Part shown: positions 46,980 to 60,749 of the stretch, piece by piece
Layout: the number at the start of each line of letters is the position of its first letter
How positions within the stretch are numbered: the first letter of the stretch is position 1
Assembly: GCA_030390025.1 (NCBI GenBank)
Contig: CM059431.1
Coordinates: forward strand, 126,358,001-126,422,000
DNA length: 64,000 bases
Direction: 5' to 3'
Origin: Squalus acanthias
Taxonomy: Eukaryota
Notes under the pieces: model-generated
The model's database searches: none
The model's input: the letters and a program-made list of their open reading frames with translations, nothing else
What the model was told of the DNA's origin: nothing
Made by a program: the position numbers and the translations under genes

Positions 46980-49900
46980 GGCCTAGAAATTAGGGGGTTT
47001 AGCGCCAGCCATTAAGGCCTGATTCGGGAAAAAAAAGCTGGCCACTGCACTTCCACCCACTGCCAACGGATCTGGTTGCGGTCGCCATTTTCGGCTGGGC
47101 GGCAGTAATACCAATGTGTGCACTCGCGATCATTAGGAAGATTCTGCAGATCGCGACATCAGTGAGTGTGCAATGCTCACTTGCCCCCTGATCTGCCATT
47201 TTGGAGTGCACCATTCCACTTACCGGCCTGGCTTAATTGCGACCAGCTGACCAAGTGTTGACAAGCAGGAAGGAGGCTCCAGCAGCGTTATTTAAAGGGA
47301 TCATCAGCAACAACTTGCAGCTGACATGTTTCTTCAGTTTGACTGGCAATGTGGAAGTTTCTGCAACTCTAGCAGCTTTATAAACCTCTTTCTAGGTCCT
47401 AAGGTAACAGGGAGTGTAGGAGCAAGGGGAGAACTTCATTCTTATTTCAAGGTTTCTGCTCACAACACTTGCTTACAGTCATGGGGGCTTTACTGGCAGC
47501 CCCCCTCGCGCTTGAATATCTTCGGGAGAGGGAGCAGAGGCAGCGAGGAAGAGGAGAAGATGCTCGCAGAGGGAGGAGAAGGAGGAGGGCCAGGAGAGCT
47601 CTCAACAGGAGGCCTTACCCACCTAGGGTCTTTAGAGAGCACTTCTCTTCTAGCCACTTTCTTCACCAGCGGATCTTTCCAGTCTGCAGCAGGAGACATA
47701 CCTAACATCTCCCAGTTCGTCATCCATTGCTGCATCCGGGAGGTCACTGAGGCTCTCCACACTAGGAGAAGGGATTACTCTGAGCCGAGAGATGCAGGAG
47801 GATCGTGCATGTGGCTTTGCCAGGATAGCGGGCTTCCCCATGGTGCAGGGTGCCATTTACTGCACCCACGTGGCTTTGCAAAGGCTACCACTCAGTTGTT
47901 GTGCAACCACGCACAGTGCATCCTGATGGTCAGTGCCTGCTATCCTGGCAGCAGTCATGATGCCTTCATCCTGCATCAGGCCGATGTGCTAGCAATCTTC
48001 CAGCCAGCACCTCAAAACCGAGGGTGGCTGCTCTGAGACATGGGCTATCCGCTCTGCACCTGGCTCATGACTTCCCTCCACAACCCCAGCACTCATATAA
48101 TGAGAGCCATGCTGCCACCAGGAACATCATCGAGCAGACCATCGGGCTGCTGAAGCAATGGTTCCACTGCCTTGACTGCTCAGGAGGAGCCCTCTAGTAC
48201 TCGGCAGAGCGGGTGTCCCATTTGGTGATCTGCATGCTCCACAATTTGGCCATCATGAGGCCGCAGCCCTTTCCAGCAGGGATTGCGGGACCACCTCAGG
48301 AAGAGGACGAGGGAGAGGACAAGGAGGAACAGGAAGAGGAGGAGAACGAGGAGGATGGGAGGAAGCAGGCAGCAAATCCCCCGTCGGTACGATCTGTTCA
48401 TGAACGCCTCATCAGACTCCGATTACAGTGAATGAAACACCAGATCTCCATTGCTCACCACATCCTCATCAACCACATCCCCATCGTACCATCCCTCTGT
48501 CACGGAATATCACAGCGTCCTCCTGGGAACAAAGCTGAAATAAGAGCCACCGCAAAACAAAGATTCCAAACAAAATTAATAACTTTATCAATAATCAATT
48601 CAGAAATACTATATCAACTAATCATCCTTGTGCAATCCCTTAGTGCCTATGGTTCGGGCGCCCTCTCCTGCTCTAGTGCTCCCCCAGTGACTGCAGCATG
48701 GCTGGTGGAAGGCTGCTGAGTTTCCGTGGGGGAGACTTCTGATGACCTTGCAGGACGACCTCAAGCAGCTCTGGACCTAGAAGGCCCAGCTGTAGACTGC
48801 ACCACCTCAGCATGGATGGCAGCAGTCTGGGCTGACTGGCTGACAGGCAGTGGCAAGGGCAATGGCGGAGCGGCAGTGGTGGGAACAGGATTGTTGTCAT
48901 CCTGAGAGAGGACAGCAGGGTCCTGCTCCACTGACCCACTACCGCTCCACCGGGGCAGCGCCTCAGCATTCCTAGCAAACTGCTGAAGCACAGATTGCTG
49001 GGCTGCTGTGACACCCTGCAAGCCCCATTTGACACTGGTAAACCCAGCCACGATAGCAGCAGTTTGATCTTGCATGGCAGCAAGCTGAGACTGCAGGACA
49101 GCGGTCTGTGCTTCTACTGCAGCACTAAGACAATGGCCCAAAAATTAGACCTAATACGCGAGAGTACGCACTGTGTACTCTCGCGTATTAGGTCCCGAAT
49201 TGCCGGTTTCCTGCATGCACTGCGCATGCGCGGGAAACCGGCACTTCGTGAATTGCAAAGGGGGCGGTTCCTAAGTGAACCGCGTGCGTGATACAGGTTG
49301 TGCGCACGCAGTGCACTTAGTTTTTTTTTCAGGTTTGAACGCGCAGGTAAGTGGTAAAGATTTTACACATAAACAAAGCAGGCGTAGGACCCCCTTTTAA
49401 CACGGTAAGTAGTTAATTAAGTGTTATTTTAAATTTTTTTCAACAGGTTTATCTTTTTTAGAGACTTTAAAGAAAGGTAAGTTTATTTTTATAACTTTTA
49501 AAAAGATTTTAAACTTTTTCAAAAATTTAATTTTTTGTTTAAAGTGGTTAATTTATTTAACTATAGTTATTTTATTAATGTGATGGCTTTTTAAAAAAAA
49601 ATTAATTGAGGTTTAGCTGTTCTTTTGGGGGCTTGTATTATTCATAGCTTTGACAGCCCTTGCTGTCAAAACTATGAATGAAAGATGGTGTGCTGCCATT
49701 GGCTCTAACTGAATCACGTGATCCCAGAGCTCGCACGAACTAATTGCGCCTCTGGGACACGCAAGCACTGCACGGTTGCAACAGGGCGAGGCCCTGAAAC
49801 TAAAGTTCGTGTGGGCCCCAAACAAAAAGGTAGGCCCGGTGTGGGATATCGCGGGGAATCCTTACCCCCGCGGGAACCATCGATGTTAAATTTCTGGGCC

Positions 49901-51545
49901 ATTGTGTCGCTTCCGCCTGTGCTGCAATGGCAGCCGCGACATCGCCCATTACACTCAGCACCATGTCTGGGTTGACACGGTCTCTCCTGGAGTTTTCCAT
50001 CATTTCCAGCCTGGAAAACATAGGATCCAATCTCTGCGCAAAGCCCCGGCCAATATTGGAGGTGGACTCCTCCATGCTCCTTGGCATTGCCAAGAGGCTC
50101 TCTGGCAGGCTTGCCATTGCACCTAGCAATTTGGTGTGCATGCCCATCACCCAACTTGCCCTCTGGGGAGCTGGCCCCCATGCTACCCTTTCCCCCTGGC
50201 CTTGCTGCAGCCCACTCATTCCCAGTGCCTCACTCTGTGCAGATCCCGCATCTATACTACCCTCTAAATTACGCGCAGTGCCAGTTTCTGAGCTGGTGTC
50301 TGTGAGTGTCAGATGCAGTGTTGCTGTTTCTTCTTCTTCTCCCCCCTTGCTCTTCTCCATAGCCTCGGAGACAGGCTCTGCTGCTGCTTGTTCTTGGTTA
50401 TCTGAAAGCAGGAAGGCACATGGGTTGGGTTGTGGTGGGGGTAGGGGGTGGGAGAGCAAAATATCCATGCATACTGCATCAGCAGCTTTTAAGTGAGAGA
50501 GATTGTGGGATGAGGGGTAAGTGAGCTGTGAGAAGAAGGATTAGGAATTAGCACACCATTGTTCTCCCCAAGGGCTTCAACCCCACCCGTTGCCACGGCC
50601 TCTGTGACTTCCCGTCCAATGATGTCGAGCACTCTCTCCTCCAGTTGACTCAAGGCTTGTGTCGCGGCTTGCCCCCTGCCTCTCTGCTGCTGCTGCCGGC
50701 GATTGTGCGCGACCATAGCCTACAAGAGAAAGGGAAGTGTGTGAGTGTGTGTGGTGCAATGTGTTTGGGTGTTGCGCCTGCAATTGCAGAATAGCTGTTA
50801 GTGTGTGCAAGGTTTGAGATGTGGGTGTGAGTGTTGCAGCAGTGGTAAGGTTGTGAGGGTAAATTGAAGCAATGTATATGAGGTCTGAGTGGTGATATGT
50901 AGAGATTGTTGGTAGGTGAATGCTGGGGGTGTGGTGCATTGAGCAGTGTGTGAAGCTTGTGGTGCAGATGGTGGGATATGGCATTTGCTGAAGCCTTCAC
51001 TCACCTTGACCTGCTGTGTGAGGATCAAGGACCTGTGGACCATGCTGTTGGCCCTCACGCAAGCAGATATTTCCTGCCACAGCCTTCTGCACATATTGGC
51101 CAATGACTTCTTACCGGCTTGCAGGCAGAGAACAGCCCACCTCCTCCGAACGGCCACCACCAGTGCGTCAAGAGTGGCTTCTAAAACCCGTGTTGCTCTC
51201 TCCCTCTGCTGCCCCTCAGCCATCTCTTCCTAATCAGTTCTGCTTGCAAGTGGCACTCCAAATGCAATGACAATGAGGTGCTGCTGCATCAAAGAACCTC
51301 CCCTTTAAGTAGTAGAGAAAACCTAGGCCAAACATGACTTGGAATTAGACTGCGCCCGATATTGGCCCACCAGTTGAGCATTCAGCCAATGAGCAGTGAT
51401 TTTAGCACTGAGATCAGGACTATAATCATGTAACTAAGCACTGAGCACGAATTTTGCATGCTACTTAGACCACTTTGATCTGGCGCAGCTAAATAGCGCT
51501 GGGCCATGACACCGCCCGTTTTCGGGCATATCCAATTTCTAGGCC
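46980..51545. mobile_element. Decayed Harbinger transposon (transposase + ~47480-48431; Myb/SANT gene - from 51223)
   Basis: TIR ggcctagaaatt / aatttctaggcc; TSD CTA; FFTSGSFQ, YPGSSHDAFIL; MAEGQQRERATRVLEATLDALV...W. Confidence 0.85.
49135..49900. mobile_element. Hairpin-rich MITE, copy 2, inside Myb exon 3 of the host Harbinger
   Basis: ggcccaaaaatt / aatttctgggcc termini; AAT/ATT flanks. Confidence 0.85.
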
Positions 51546-52877
51546 CTAGTATCTTTCCTAGGAATAGTTGACCAGAACTGTGCATGGTAGGATCTGACCA
51601 ATGCATTATACAGCAGCAATACACCACTATTGATTCATATTTAACCCTCTGCTTATGCAGCCAAGCATCTTATTTGCCTTTTGTTTAACTGCGGCTAAGT
51701 ACTATGTTGCAGGCTCAGCTTTATCCACTATACTACTAGATCTTTTTTCCTATCAGCAGAAGGTACCACTCTTTCGTATCACATTTACTCCTTTTTTTGG
51801 TTCCTTGGTCCCATTAATATTTATTGTACACTTATTCACATTGAACTGCATCTGCTATCTATTCCCCCTGTTACATAATAACCTAAATCTTCTAAATCTG
51901 GTCGCATTGTCTGCCTCTTATTTTGGTCTCATCTGCAGATTTGGAGATTTTGTTTATGATACTCTCATCCCCAGGCATATCTTGTTTTTAAGTCGATTTT
52001 CTATTTCGCATCTTACTTTACCTCCTATGACGTACGGGGCAGACTTTCCTTTTTTGCATTTAGGCAGAGCACAACGATTTATAACGGGATGGGGTTGAAA
52101 GGAAGTGCGCACACCTTCAGTGAAGCCCACCTGATTCTTTCATCCATTCATTTAAATAAACAGAAACTCATTCAGGCTCCATTGTGAGTGTGTGATATTC
52201 CCTGCCTGATTTTCCTCTATATGCTTTGCCCGAGAGGTTATTTGGCATCTAAATGCAAAAGAGAGTCTTTCCCTTGGATTTTTTCAAACGTTTTCATCCA
52301 TTAGCTTCCTCAAAATCATTTCAAAGAATTTTTCTAGAACTGGTATTAAACCTATTGGTTGATAGTTGCCAAGTATGCCACTTAACTTTAAAAAAAAATG
52401 AGGTTGTATTAGACACTTTGCACTCCTCAGGAATCTCTCCTGAAAGTAGTGAACTTAAAATAAGTTAATTAAAGCTTCATTAATTTCAGCCTGTACTTCC
52501 TTTATGTCTCATGATTTGGTAACAGGTACTTTTTAGAGCATCTAACTTTTCTATAAACATGTTGATACTTATATGTCCAGCAATATCGTAAATGAATGGG
52601 GAAAATTTTCCTCAGGTCGATATTTCTAGAGAAATCGAAGAAGCGTTTAAAAGAACACACAGGGTGAAATTGGTTTTTCCCCAGTAATGAATCGGCAGCC
52701 CGTTTTACAAAATGGCTGATTTTCTTTTCCATTGAAATCAATGAAAGTGGAGATTGAGCACAGCGTTAAACAAGATACCGACTCGCTGCAAGCACATTTC
52801 ACACTACTGGCAATTTTTCCTCCTCTTCATAGGTATAGATGAATGGAAAGTATGAATAACTATTTAATAATTCTTCT

Positions 52878-55830
52878 TTTATCTTTATTCCTTTATGGGA
52901 TGTGGGCGTCGCTGGGAAGGCCAGCATTTATTGCCCATCCCTAGTTGTCCTTGAAAAGGTGGTGGTGAGCCACCTTCTTGAACCGCTGCAGTCCGTGTGG
53001 TGAAGGTACTCCCACAGTGCTGTGAGGGAGGGACTTCCAGGATTTTGACCCAGCGACGATGAAGGAATGTAGATATACTTCCAAATCAGGATGGTATGGG
53101 ACTTGGAGGGGAACTTGGAGGTGATGGTGCTCCCACGCGACTACTGCCCTTTTCCTTCTAGGTGGTAGTGGTCGCGGGTTTGGGAGGTGCTGCCGAATAA
53201 GCCTTAGCAAGTTGCTGCAGTGCATCTTGTAGATGGTGCACACTGCAGCCACGGTACGCCGGTGGTGGAGGGAGTGAATGTTTAAGGTGGTGGATGGGGT
53301 ACCAATCAAGTGGGCTGCTTTGTCTTGGATGGTGTCGAGCTTCTTGAGTGTTGTTGGAGCTGCACTCATCCAGGCAAGTGGAGAGTATTCCATCACACTC
53401 CTGACTTGTGCCTTGTAGATGGTGGAAAGGCTTTGGTGAGTAAAGAGGTGAGATACTCGCTGCAGAATACCCAGCCTCTGACCTGCTCTTGTTGCCACAG
53501 TATTTATGTGGCTGGTCCAGTTAAGTTTCTGGTCAATAGCTACCCCTAGGATGTTGATAGTGGGGGATTCAGCGATGGTAATGCCGTTGAATGTCACGGG
53601 GCGGTGGTCAGATGCTCACTTGTTGGAGATAGTCGTTGCCTGGCACTTGTGTGGCGCTAATGTTACCTGCCACTTATCAGCCCAAGCCTGAATGTCGTCC
53701 AGGTCTTGCTGAATGCAGGCATGGACTGCATCATTATCTGAAGAGTTGCGAATAGCACTGAAAACTGCGCAGTCATCAGCGAACATCTCGACTTCTGACC
53801 TTATGATGGAGGGAAGGTCATTGATGAAGCAGCTGAAGATGGTTGGGCCTAGGAAACTGCCCTGAGGAACTCCTGCAGCGATGTCCTGGGGCTGTGATGA
53901 ATGAACTCCAATCACCACAACCATCTTCCTTTGTGCTAGGTGTGAATCCAGCCAGTGGAGAGCTTTCCCCCTGATTCCCATTGACTTCAGTTTTACTAGG
54001 GCTCCTTGTTGCCACACTCGATCAAATGCTGTCTTGATGTCAAGGGCAGTCATTCTCACCTCACCTCTGGAATTCAGCTCTTTTGTCCATGTTTGGACCA
54101 AGGTTGTAATGAGGTCTGGAGCCGAGTGGTCCTGGCGGAACCCAAACTGGACATCAGTGAGCAGGTTATTGGTGAGTAAGTGACGCTTGATAGCATGGTC
54201 GATGACACCTTCAATCACTTTGCTGATGATTGAGAGTAACCTGATGGGACGGTAATTTGCTGGATTGGATTTGTCCTGCTTTTTGTGGACAGGACATACC
54301 TGAGCAGTTCTCCACATTGTCGGATAGATGCCAGTGTTATAGCTGTACTGGAACAGCTTGGCTAGAGGCACGGCTAGTTCTGGAGCACAAGTTTTCAGAA
54401 CGATAGACGGGATGTTGTCAGGGTCCACAGCCTTTGCTGTATCCAGTGTGCTCAGCCGTTTCTTGATAAAACGTGGAGTGAACCAAATTGTCTGAATGCT
54501 GGCTTCTATGGTGGTGGGGACCTCATGAGGAGGCCGATATGGATCATCCACTCGGCACTTCTGGCTGAAGATGGTTGCAAACGCTTCAGCCTTGTCTTTT
54601 GCATTCACGTGCTGGACTCCACCATCATTGAGGATGGAGATATTCATGGAGCCTCCTCCTCCTATTAGTTGTTTAATGGTCCACCACCATTCACGACTGG
54701 ATGTGGCAGGACTGCAGAGCTTTGATCTGATCTGTTGATTGTGGAATCGCTTAGCTCTGTCTATAGCATACTGCTTCCGCTTTTTAGCGTGCATGTAGTC
54801 CTGTGTTGCAGCTTCCCCAGGTTAGCACCTCATTTTTAGGTACGCCTGGTGCTCCTCCTCGCATGCACTTCTACACTTAACTGGACCAGCCACATAAATA
54901 CTGTGGCAACAAGAGCAGGTCAGAGGCTAGGTATTCTGTGGCGAGTGTCTCACCTCCTGACTCCCCAAAGCCTTCCCACCATCTACAAGGCACAAGTAAG
55001 GAGTGTGATGGAATACTCTCCACTTGCCTGGATGAGTGCAACACCAACAACACTCAAGAAGCTCAACACCATCCAGGACAAAGCAACCCGTTTGATTGGC
55101 ACCCCATCCACCATCTTAAACAGTGTGTACCATCTACAAGATGCACTGCAGCAACTCACCAAGGCCTCTTCGGCAGCACCTCCCAAACCTCTTCCACCTA
55201 GAAGGACAAGGGCAGCAGGCACATGGGAACACCACCACCTCCAAGTTCCCCTCCAAGTCACACACCATCCTGACTTAGAAGTATATCGCCGATCCTTCAT
55301 CGTCGCTGGGTCAAAATCCTGGAACTCCCTAGCTAACAGCACTGTAGGAGTAGCTTCACCACACGGACTGCAGCAGTTGAAGAAGTCGGCTCACCACCAC
55401 CTTTTCAAGGGCAACTAGGGATGGGCAATGAAGACTCCCAGATCCCATAAGCAAATAAAAAAAAATCACTCCTTATTGAACCAGGGTTGGTCCCCTGGCT
55501 TGATGGTAATGGTCGAGTGAGGAATATGCTGGGCCATGAGGTTACAGATTGTGGTGGAATACAATTCTGCTGCTGCTGATGGCCCACAGTGCCTCATGGA
55601 TGGCCAGTTTTGAGCTGCTAGATCTGTTCTGAATCTATTCCATTTAGCACGATGGTAGTGCCACACAACACGATGGAGGGTGTCGTCAGTGTGAAGATGG
55701 GACTTCGTCTCCACAAGGACTGTGCGGTGGTCACTGCTACCAATACTGTCATGGACAGATGCATCTGCGACAGGTAGATTGGGGAGGACGAGGTTAAGTA
55801 GGTTTTTCCTTCGTGTTGGTTCTCTCACCA
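52878..55830 (-). mobile_element. CR1-group LINE (same family as 18031-20522), interrupted at ~54876-55466
   Basis: RT ORFs 53616-54794 and 52941-53597; endonuclease C-terminal part at 55467-55830. Confidence 0.9.
54876..55466 (+). mobile_element. 5'-truncated copy of the same CR1-group LINE inserted antisense
   Basis: LNWTSHINTVATRAGQRLG...HHHLFKGN plus A-tail; the host frame resumes at cactccttattgaacc. Confidence 0.85.
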
Positions 55831-56119
55831 CCTCTAAACTCCAGCCTCCCACTATCTCCTTTATGTGGAACAATCTTCTCTTCCACCATTTTCCCCGTTC
55901 TTTGATTAAAAAGATGAATGCCAGAATGCAATCTTCAGACTAAATTTATGGGAGAAAACAATGCCAAAGCACAGATATTGTGGGTTGTAGGAACTGAGAA
56001 GAAATATCCCAGGCACTTAGGCACAGTGCACTAATCTGCACTTGTCATTATTTGGGCAATGAATTAACAGCTATCATTCGCAATGCACTGCCAGCAGCTG
56101 CAGAGTCATTGCAGACATA

Positions 56120-57115
56120 GGCCTAGAAATTCAATAAAGCCCGAAAAGTTTAAATCCCGCTTGTAAAAAGAGCGCAGGCAGCACCGTTATTTTCGAGCTG
56201 CCTGCTGATTTAAATGAGCGCAGCGCAGAACCTACCGTGCAATGTGCTTTATCAGGCATTAAGATCAGCAGGAGGCCGAAGGTCGGGTCTAATCTATCTG
56301 TGCGGCGTTATCAGGAAATCGCAATTTATGAAAGTGAATTCCAATGTTTCCGGTTATGTTTCTCGAGCTTTGTAGGGTGACAGAGACGGTATGCAAGATA
56401 AATCAAAGCCTAAAAGTACACCAATCCGTCAGATTTTAAAGAATGCAACCTGCAGTTTAACTGAATTATATGTTTAATTCAACTGCTGACACTCTCAAAT
56501 ATTTAGCCGGCCAATTTGTCAACTACAGATATTAATTACAATTAAAGAGTCATCATTAACTGATTAAATAACTGCAATTTGGGTGGAACCCTTCTCGCAG
56601 CTTGAGGTTCCAAATACTTGAAGTTATGAAAACTCATGCTACATGTGCCATGAAATTTCTGACTACACCACCTAGTGCAAACAATGTCAAAATGATTTGA
56701 AACAGTGATCAGTTAAGAATGCAAACCTGTCACAGAGCCTGGGTACGGTGGGGCTGCCCACACTCTGCATAGTTATTGAAGACATCTCAGAGACCTACAG
56801 ATCTCCGCCGCTTTCTCCTGGGTCTACGCGCTGGCAAGGGCTGCACACACGGGCATGCTTTGGAGAGGGTGGTAAAAGGAGTGGCGACATCCAAAATCGC
56901 TCAGCATGCATCAATTCGGCATTGCACGCTGATCGACTTCACTCTCTTGATCATTAAAATACTTGAGGCGAGCACAGGTAACGGCAGCACTGCTGACCTG
57001 CCCAATATGGCAGCTGCCACATTCCACGCCGGAAGTGGGCGTGAAAGAGGCGGCTGTCATGTTTTTCCTCAACTCCAGCCTTAATTGCCACGCTAAAGGT
57101 TCCGATTTCTAGGCC
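56120..57115. mobile_element. Non-autonomous Harbinger-type element
   Basis: TIR ggcctagaaat / atttctaggcc; TSD ATA. Confidence 0.8.
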
Positions 57116-57687
57116 ATAGAATCATAGAATGACAAAGAGGAGGCCATTTGGACCATCAGGCCTGTGCCAGCTCTTTGGAAGAGATATTCAATTAGTCCCA
57201 CTCCGCTGATCTTTCCCCACAGCTATGCAAATTTTTCCCCTTCAAGCCTATTGAAAGTTACTATTGAATCTGCTTCCACCACGCTTTCAGGCAGTGCATT
57301 TCAGATCACAACAACTCGCTGCGTAATGTTTTTCCCCCTCATGTTGCCTCTGGTTCTTTTGCCAATGACCTTAAATCTGTGTTTTCTGGTTATTGATCCT
57401 TCTGCCACCGGAAACAAATTTTCCTCAACAAAAACCTTCATGATTTTAAACATCTCTTCAAATCTCCTCTTAACCTTCTCTGCTCTAAGGAGAACAACCC
57501 AAGCATCTGCAGTCTCTCCACGTAACTGAAATCCCTCATCTTTGGTAGCATTCTAGTAAATCTCCTCTGCACTCTCTCTAAGTCCTTGACATCCTTCCTA
57601 AAGTGTGGTGCCCAGAATTGGACACAGCTGGGGCCTAACCAGTGTTTTATAAAAGTTTAGAATTACTTCCTTGCTCTTATACTCTAT
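57116..57687 (-). mobile_element. Degraded CR1 LINE 3' fragment
   Basis: atagaatcatagaat tail and reverse-strand CR1 RT C-terminal sequence. Confidence 0.7.
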
Positions 57688-58254
57688 GGGGGAGAAATTT
57701 GGTACCTTAGCGCCTCCAGTTACTGCCTGGCAGGGGCACTAACAGGGTGCTGAGGCAGTAACGCCACGGCGAGGCGAATCCAGCGATGCACGCCAAATCC
57801 GGCACCTCTGTCGCGCCGCCGTTACAAGTTAGCGCCGGGGACTTCAGCGCCAGGCAGATCGTGATGTCAGTGAGCGTGCAGCGCTCACTGGGCACCCTAT
57901 CTGCGAAATTGATTATCGCCCCCTGCCTTAGCGCCTCGCCTCAACAGCGACAGGGAGAGGAGGCGTGAAGCCGTCGGTAGCCGTCTCCAGGGGCGCTACT
58001 TAAAGGGATCCTGAGTAATGAGTCGCAGCTCTCAGGTTAGTGATGTTTCACTGCTTCCTTGTCGGTTTGACATTGTGCAACAGTTCAAATCAGTCATTTA
58101 AGGTTGTTTAGTCCCCGGAGTGTTGTGGCTACTAAAAATTAGTTACATTTATTCTCACAACTGTTAGAAACTAAAGATGCCTAAAAATGTATATGGTTAT
58201 GTGATTAAAACTCTGACGTGAAAAATGCTGTGTTTAAATGGTTATGTTCGAATT

Positions 58255-58640
58255 GCAGATGGAAGAGAAAGAGAGAGCGAGCGAGCTTGTACTCACAGAC
58301 GGAGGAGAAAGAGAGAGAGAGCGAGCTTGTACTCACAGACGGAGGAGAAAGAGAGAGCGAGCGAGCTTGTACTCACAGACGGAGGAGAAAGAGAGCGAGA
58401 GCGAGCTTGTACTTACAGACGGAGGAGAAAGAGAGAGAGAGCGAGCTTGTACTCACAGACGGAGGAGAAAGAGAGAGAGAGCGAGCTTGTACTCACAGAC
58501 GGAGGAGAAAGAGAGAGAGAGCTTGTACTCACAGATGGAAGAGAAAGAGAGAGAGAGAGAGAGCTTGTACTCACAGATGGAAGAGAAAGAGAGAGAGAGA
58601 GAGCTTATACTCACAGATGGAAGAGAGAGAGAAAGAGAAG
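58255..58640. repeat. Minisatellite, ~40-bp unit (gagcttgtactcacagacggaggagaaagagaga...), ~9 copies
   Basis: Direct inspection. Confidence 0.92.
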
Positions 58641-59201
58641 GAGGCTCTAGACGAAAGGAAGAAGAGAATTGCTCACGTGTGTCAACCATCTGACCGATCG
58701 GATCGGTATCAGCTTCTTGCCACAGTCGTATGTTTTTGCTGTATAACTAATGTGTTATATTCCGTATTAAACTCTGATTAAACAAAGACACAAAAGTTTT
58801 AAATGAAGTCTTATATAAGTTAAGAGTTTTAAAAATAAATTTTTAAAAACGGGTTTTGACCATTTGGAGTAGTATAGCAACTGTGGGTGTGTACAAGGCA
58901 TATTTAGGTATCTATCTGTGAAAATGAAAGTTTAAAAATGAACTGTTTACGTTTCAAAAAGTTTTAAAGATGAAAATGAGTAAGTAAGTAAGTATGTATG
59001 TATGTATGTATGAATTTATGAAAATGTTACAGTTTTGGAAAATCAGCTAGGGCCGTGTGGCGGGTAGATGTGTTCCCAAGCTGATAGCGCACGTATCCCA
59101 CCATAGCCTGACCTGATTTTATAGCCACTCACTTAACTAAAGTTACTTTAACAACTATTTCCATTTCTTCATTAAACTTTCAGTTTGAGGAGGAAGCCTG
59201 T

Positions 59202-59696
59202 GTGAGAGAAAGATGCCCTTTTGCAATCGTCCTCCGTAACTCTGACTTATATGGCGTCCTCAACGCATTGCCTCCAGGATCCGCATGGATATTGGGCGAC
59301 AAGGGCTACCCGCTAAGACCATGGCTGATGACTCCCTACCGCAAGACCAATAATGAGGCTCAGGAGAGATACAACCAGGCACACGTGTCCACACGGCAAG
59401 TGGTGGAGAGGACAATTGGAGTTCTGAAATCACGCTTCCGGTGCCTGGACAGGTCAGGGGGGACCTTGCAGTATTCTCCTCAGAAAGTGGCAAAGATTGT
59501 GGTGGCCTGTTGTGCTTTGCATAACTTTGCCCTGCAGGAAGGACTGACCCTTAACGCTGCAGATGAACTACCTGCAGAAATGGAGGACGTGGACAATGCC
59601 AATGTGCCTGTGGGAAGGCATGATGGGGAAGAGCCAACTGCTGCTCAAAGTAAGGCTGCTCGGGAGCAGCTGGTAGCCAACACCTTCACGAGGTAG
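59202..59696 (+). pseudogene. Harbinger transposase C-terminal fragment
   Basis: [17 protein letters not shown]...YNQAHVSTRQVVERTIGVLKSRFRCLD...ACCALHN; N-terminal half absent. Confidence 0.88.
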
Positions 59697-59717
59697 TGTC
59701 GCCTTGTACCTCCCGCT

Positions 59718-59846
59718 CCCCCTCCCCCTCCCCCTCCCCCTCCCCCTCCCCCTCCCTCTCCCCCTCCCCCTCCCTCTCCCCCTCCCCCTCCCCCTCCCTC
59801 TCCCCCTCCCCCTCCCCCTCCCTCTCCCCCTCCCCCTCCCTCTCCA
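59718..59846. repeat. (CCCCCT)n-type polypyrimidine simple repeat
   Basis: Direct inspection. Confidence 0.9.
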
Positions 59847-60749
59847 CCAGCAAGGCAAATAAAGGTACAGACACAATTTAAAGTGAAACAGTGCTCTTTT
59901 ATTGCAGCATTACAGACTTCTGAGGTTCATTGTTGCTTTACATAGTTTATAACTTTTCAATGTTAACTAGCTACTTTTCAACTTTGTAAACAATCGTAAA
60001 CAGAAATAGGTTTTTTAAAAATTTGTTAACAGTTCTCAGTAACTTTTTTGCTTCGTTAATGCAGTAAAGACATTCAAGATGGGAAATAACTCTTTCCTAA
60101 ATGTAAACAAGTTTAAATGTTCAATTTGTTTTGTGAAAATAAACAATTTGAATTTTTATAAAGTGACTAAAGGCTGTACTTTTTCAATGAAAAGCTAACT
60201 TTCAGTTTCAGTGTCAAATATATATATAAAGAAAAATGTAAACATGTAAGTTTTAAATAAAACTAAAAATTAAACACTTGAAAAATTTAACCACAAATAA
60301 ACTATTCCTGAGGGTCAATGGATGTGCATTGTGGAACATGCAACACCCTAACGTCTCTTGCGCTTTCTTGATTGCATCATCGTTGGTGGCTCTTGGACCT
60401 GCACTGATTCTGCGCTGGGAGCAGGTAAGGTTGGTTCTGATGGAGTCACAGTAATTGCAGCAGAAATTATTCGCATGAGTCCTTCAAGAGACTCATTTAT
60501 TTTACTAAGCTGCACTTCCACATTGGGTTTCTGCAACAGTCCTTCAAGAGGACTCAGTAAGCAACTCAAAGCATTTCAATCAAGATGACATTAGCATTTT
60601 ATGAGACTTGCCTGGCTACAAAAGCCATAAAAATTTATGGGAGCATCTTGTGACTTCAGTTAACTCAGCTTAGCAAACAAACACTTTTTCAAGGCTTTTC
60701 ATTTTAAATGTTAAGACATTTTAACATTGACTTTTGTTATAACTATACA

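Noticed and set aside
51655..52098. 147-aa hydrophobic ORF resembling a membrane protein
   Set aside because: T-rich antisense reading of what appears to be an old degraded CR1-like fragment.
58218..58781. CRISPR-like periodicity and charged ORFs
   Set aside because: Units are contiguous tandem copies with no unique spacers, there are no cas genes and the context is eukaryotic; the ORFs are repeat artefacts.
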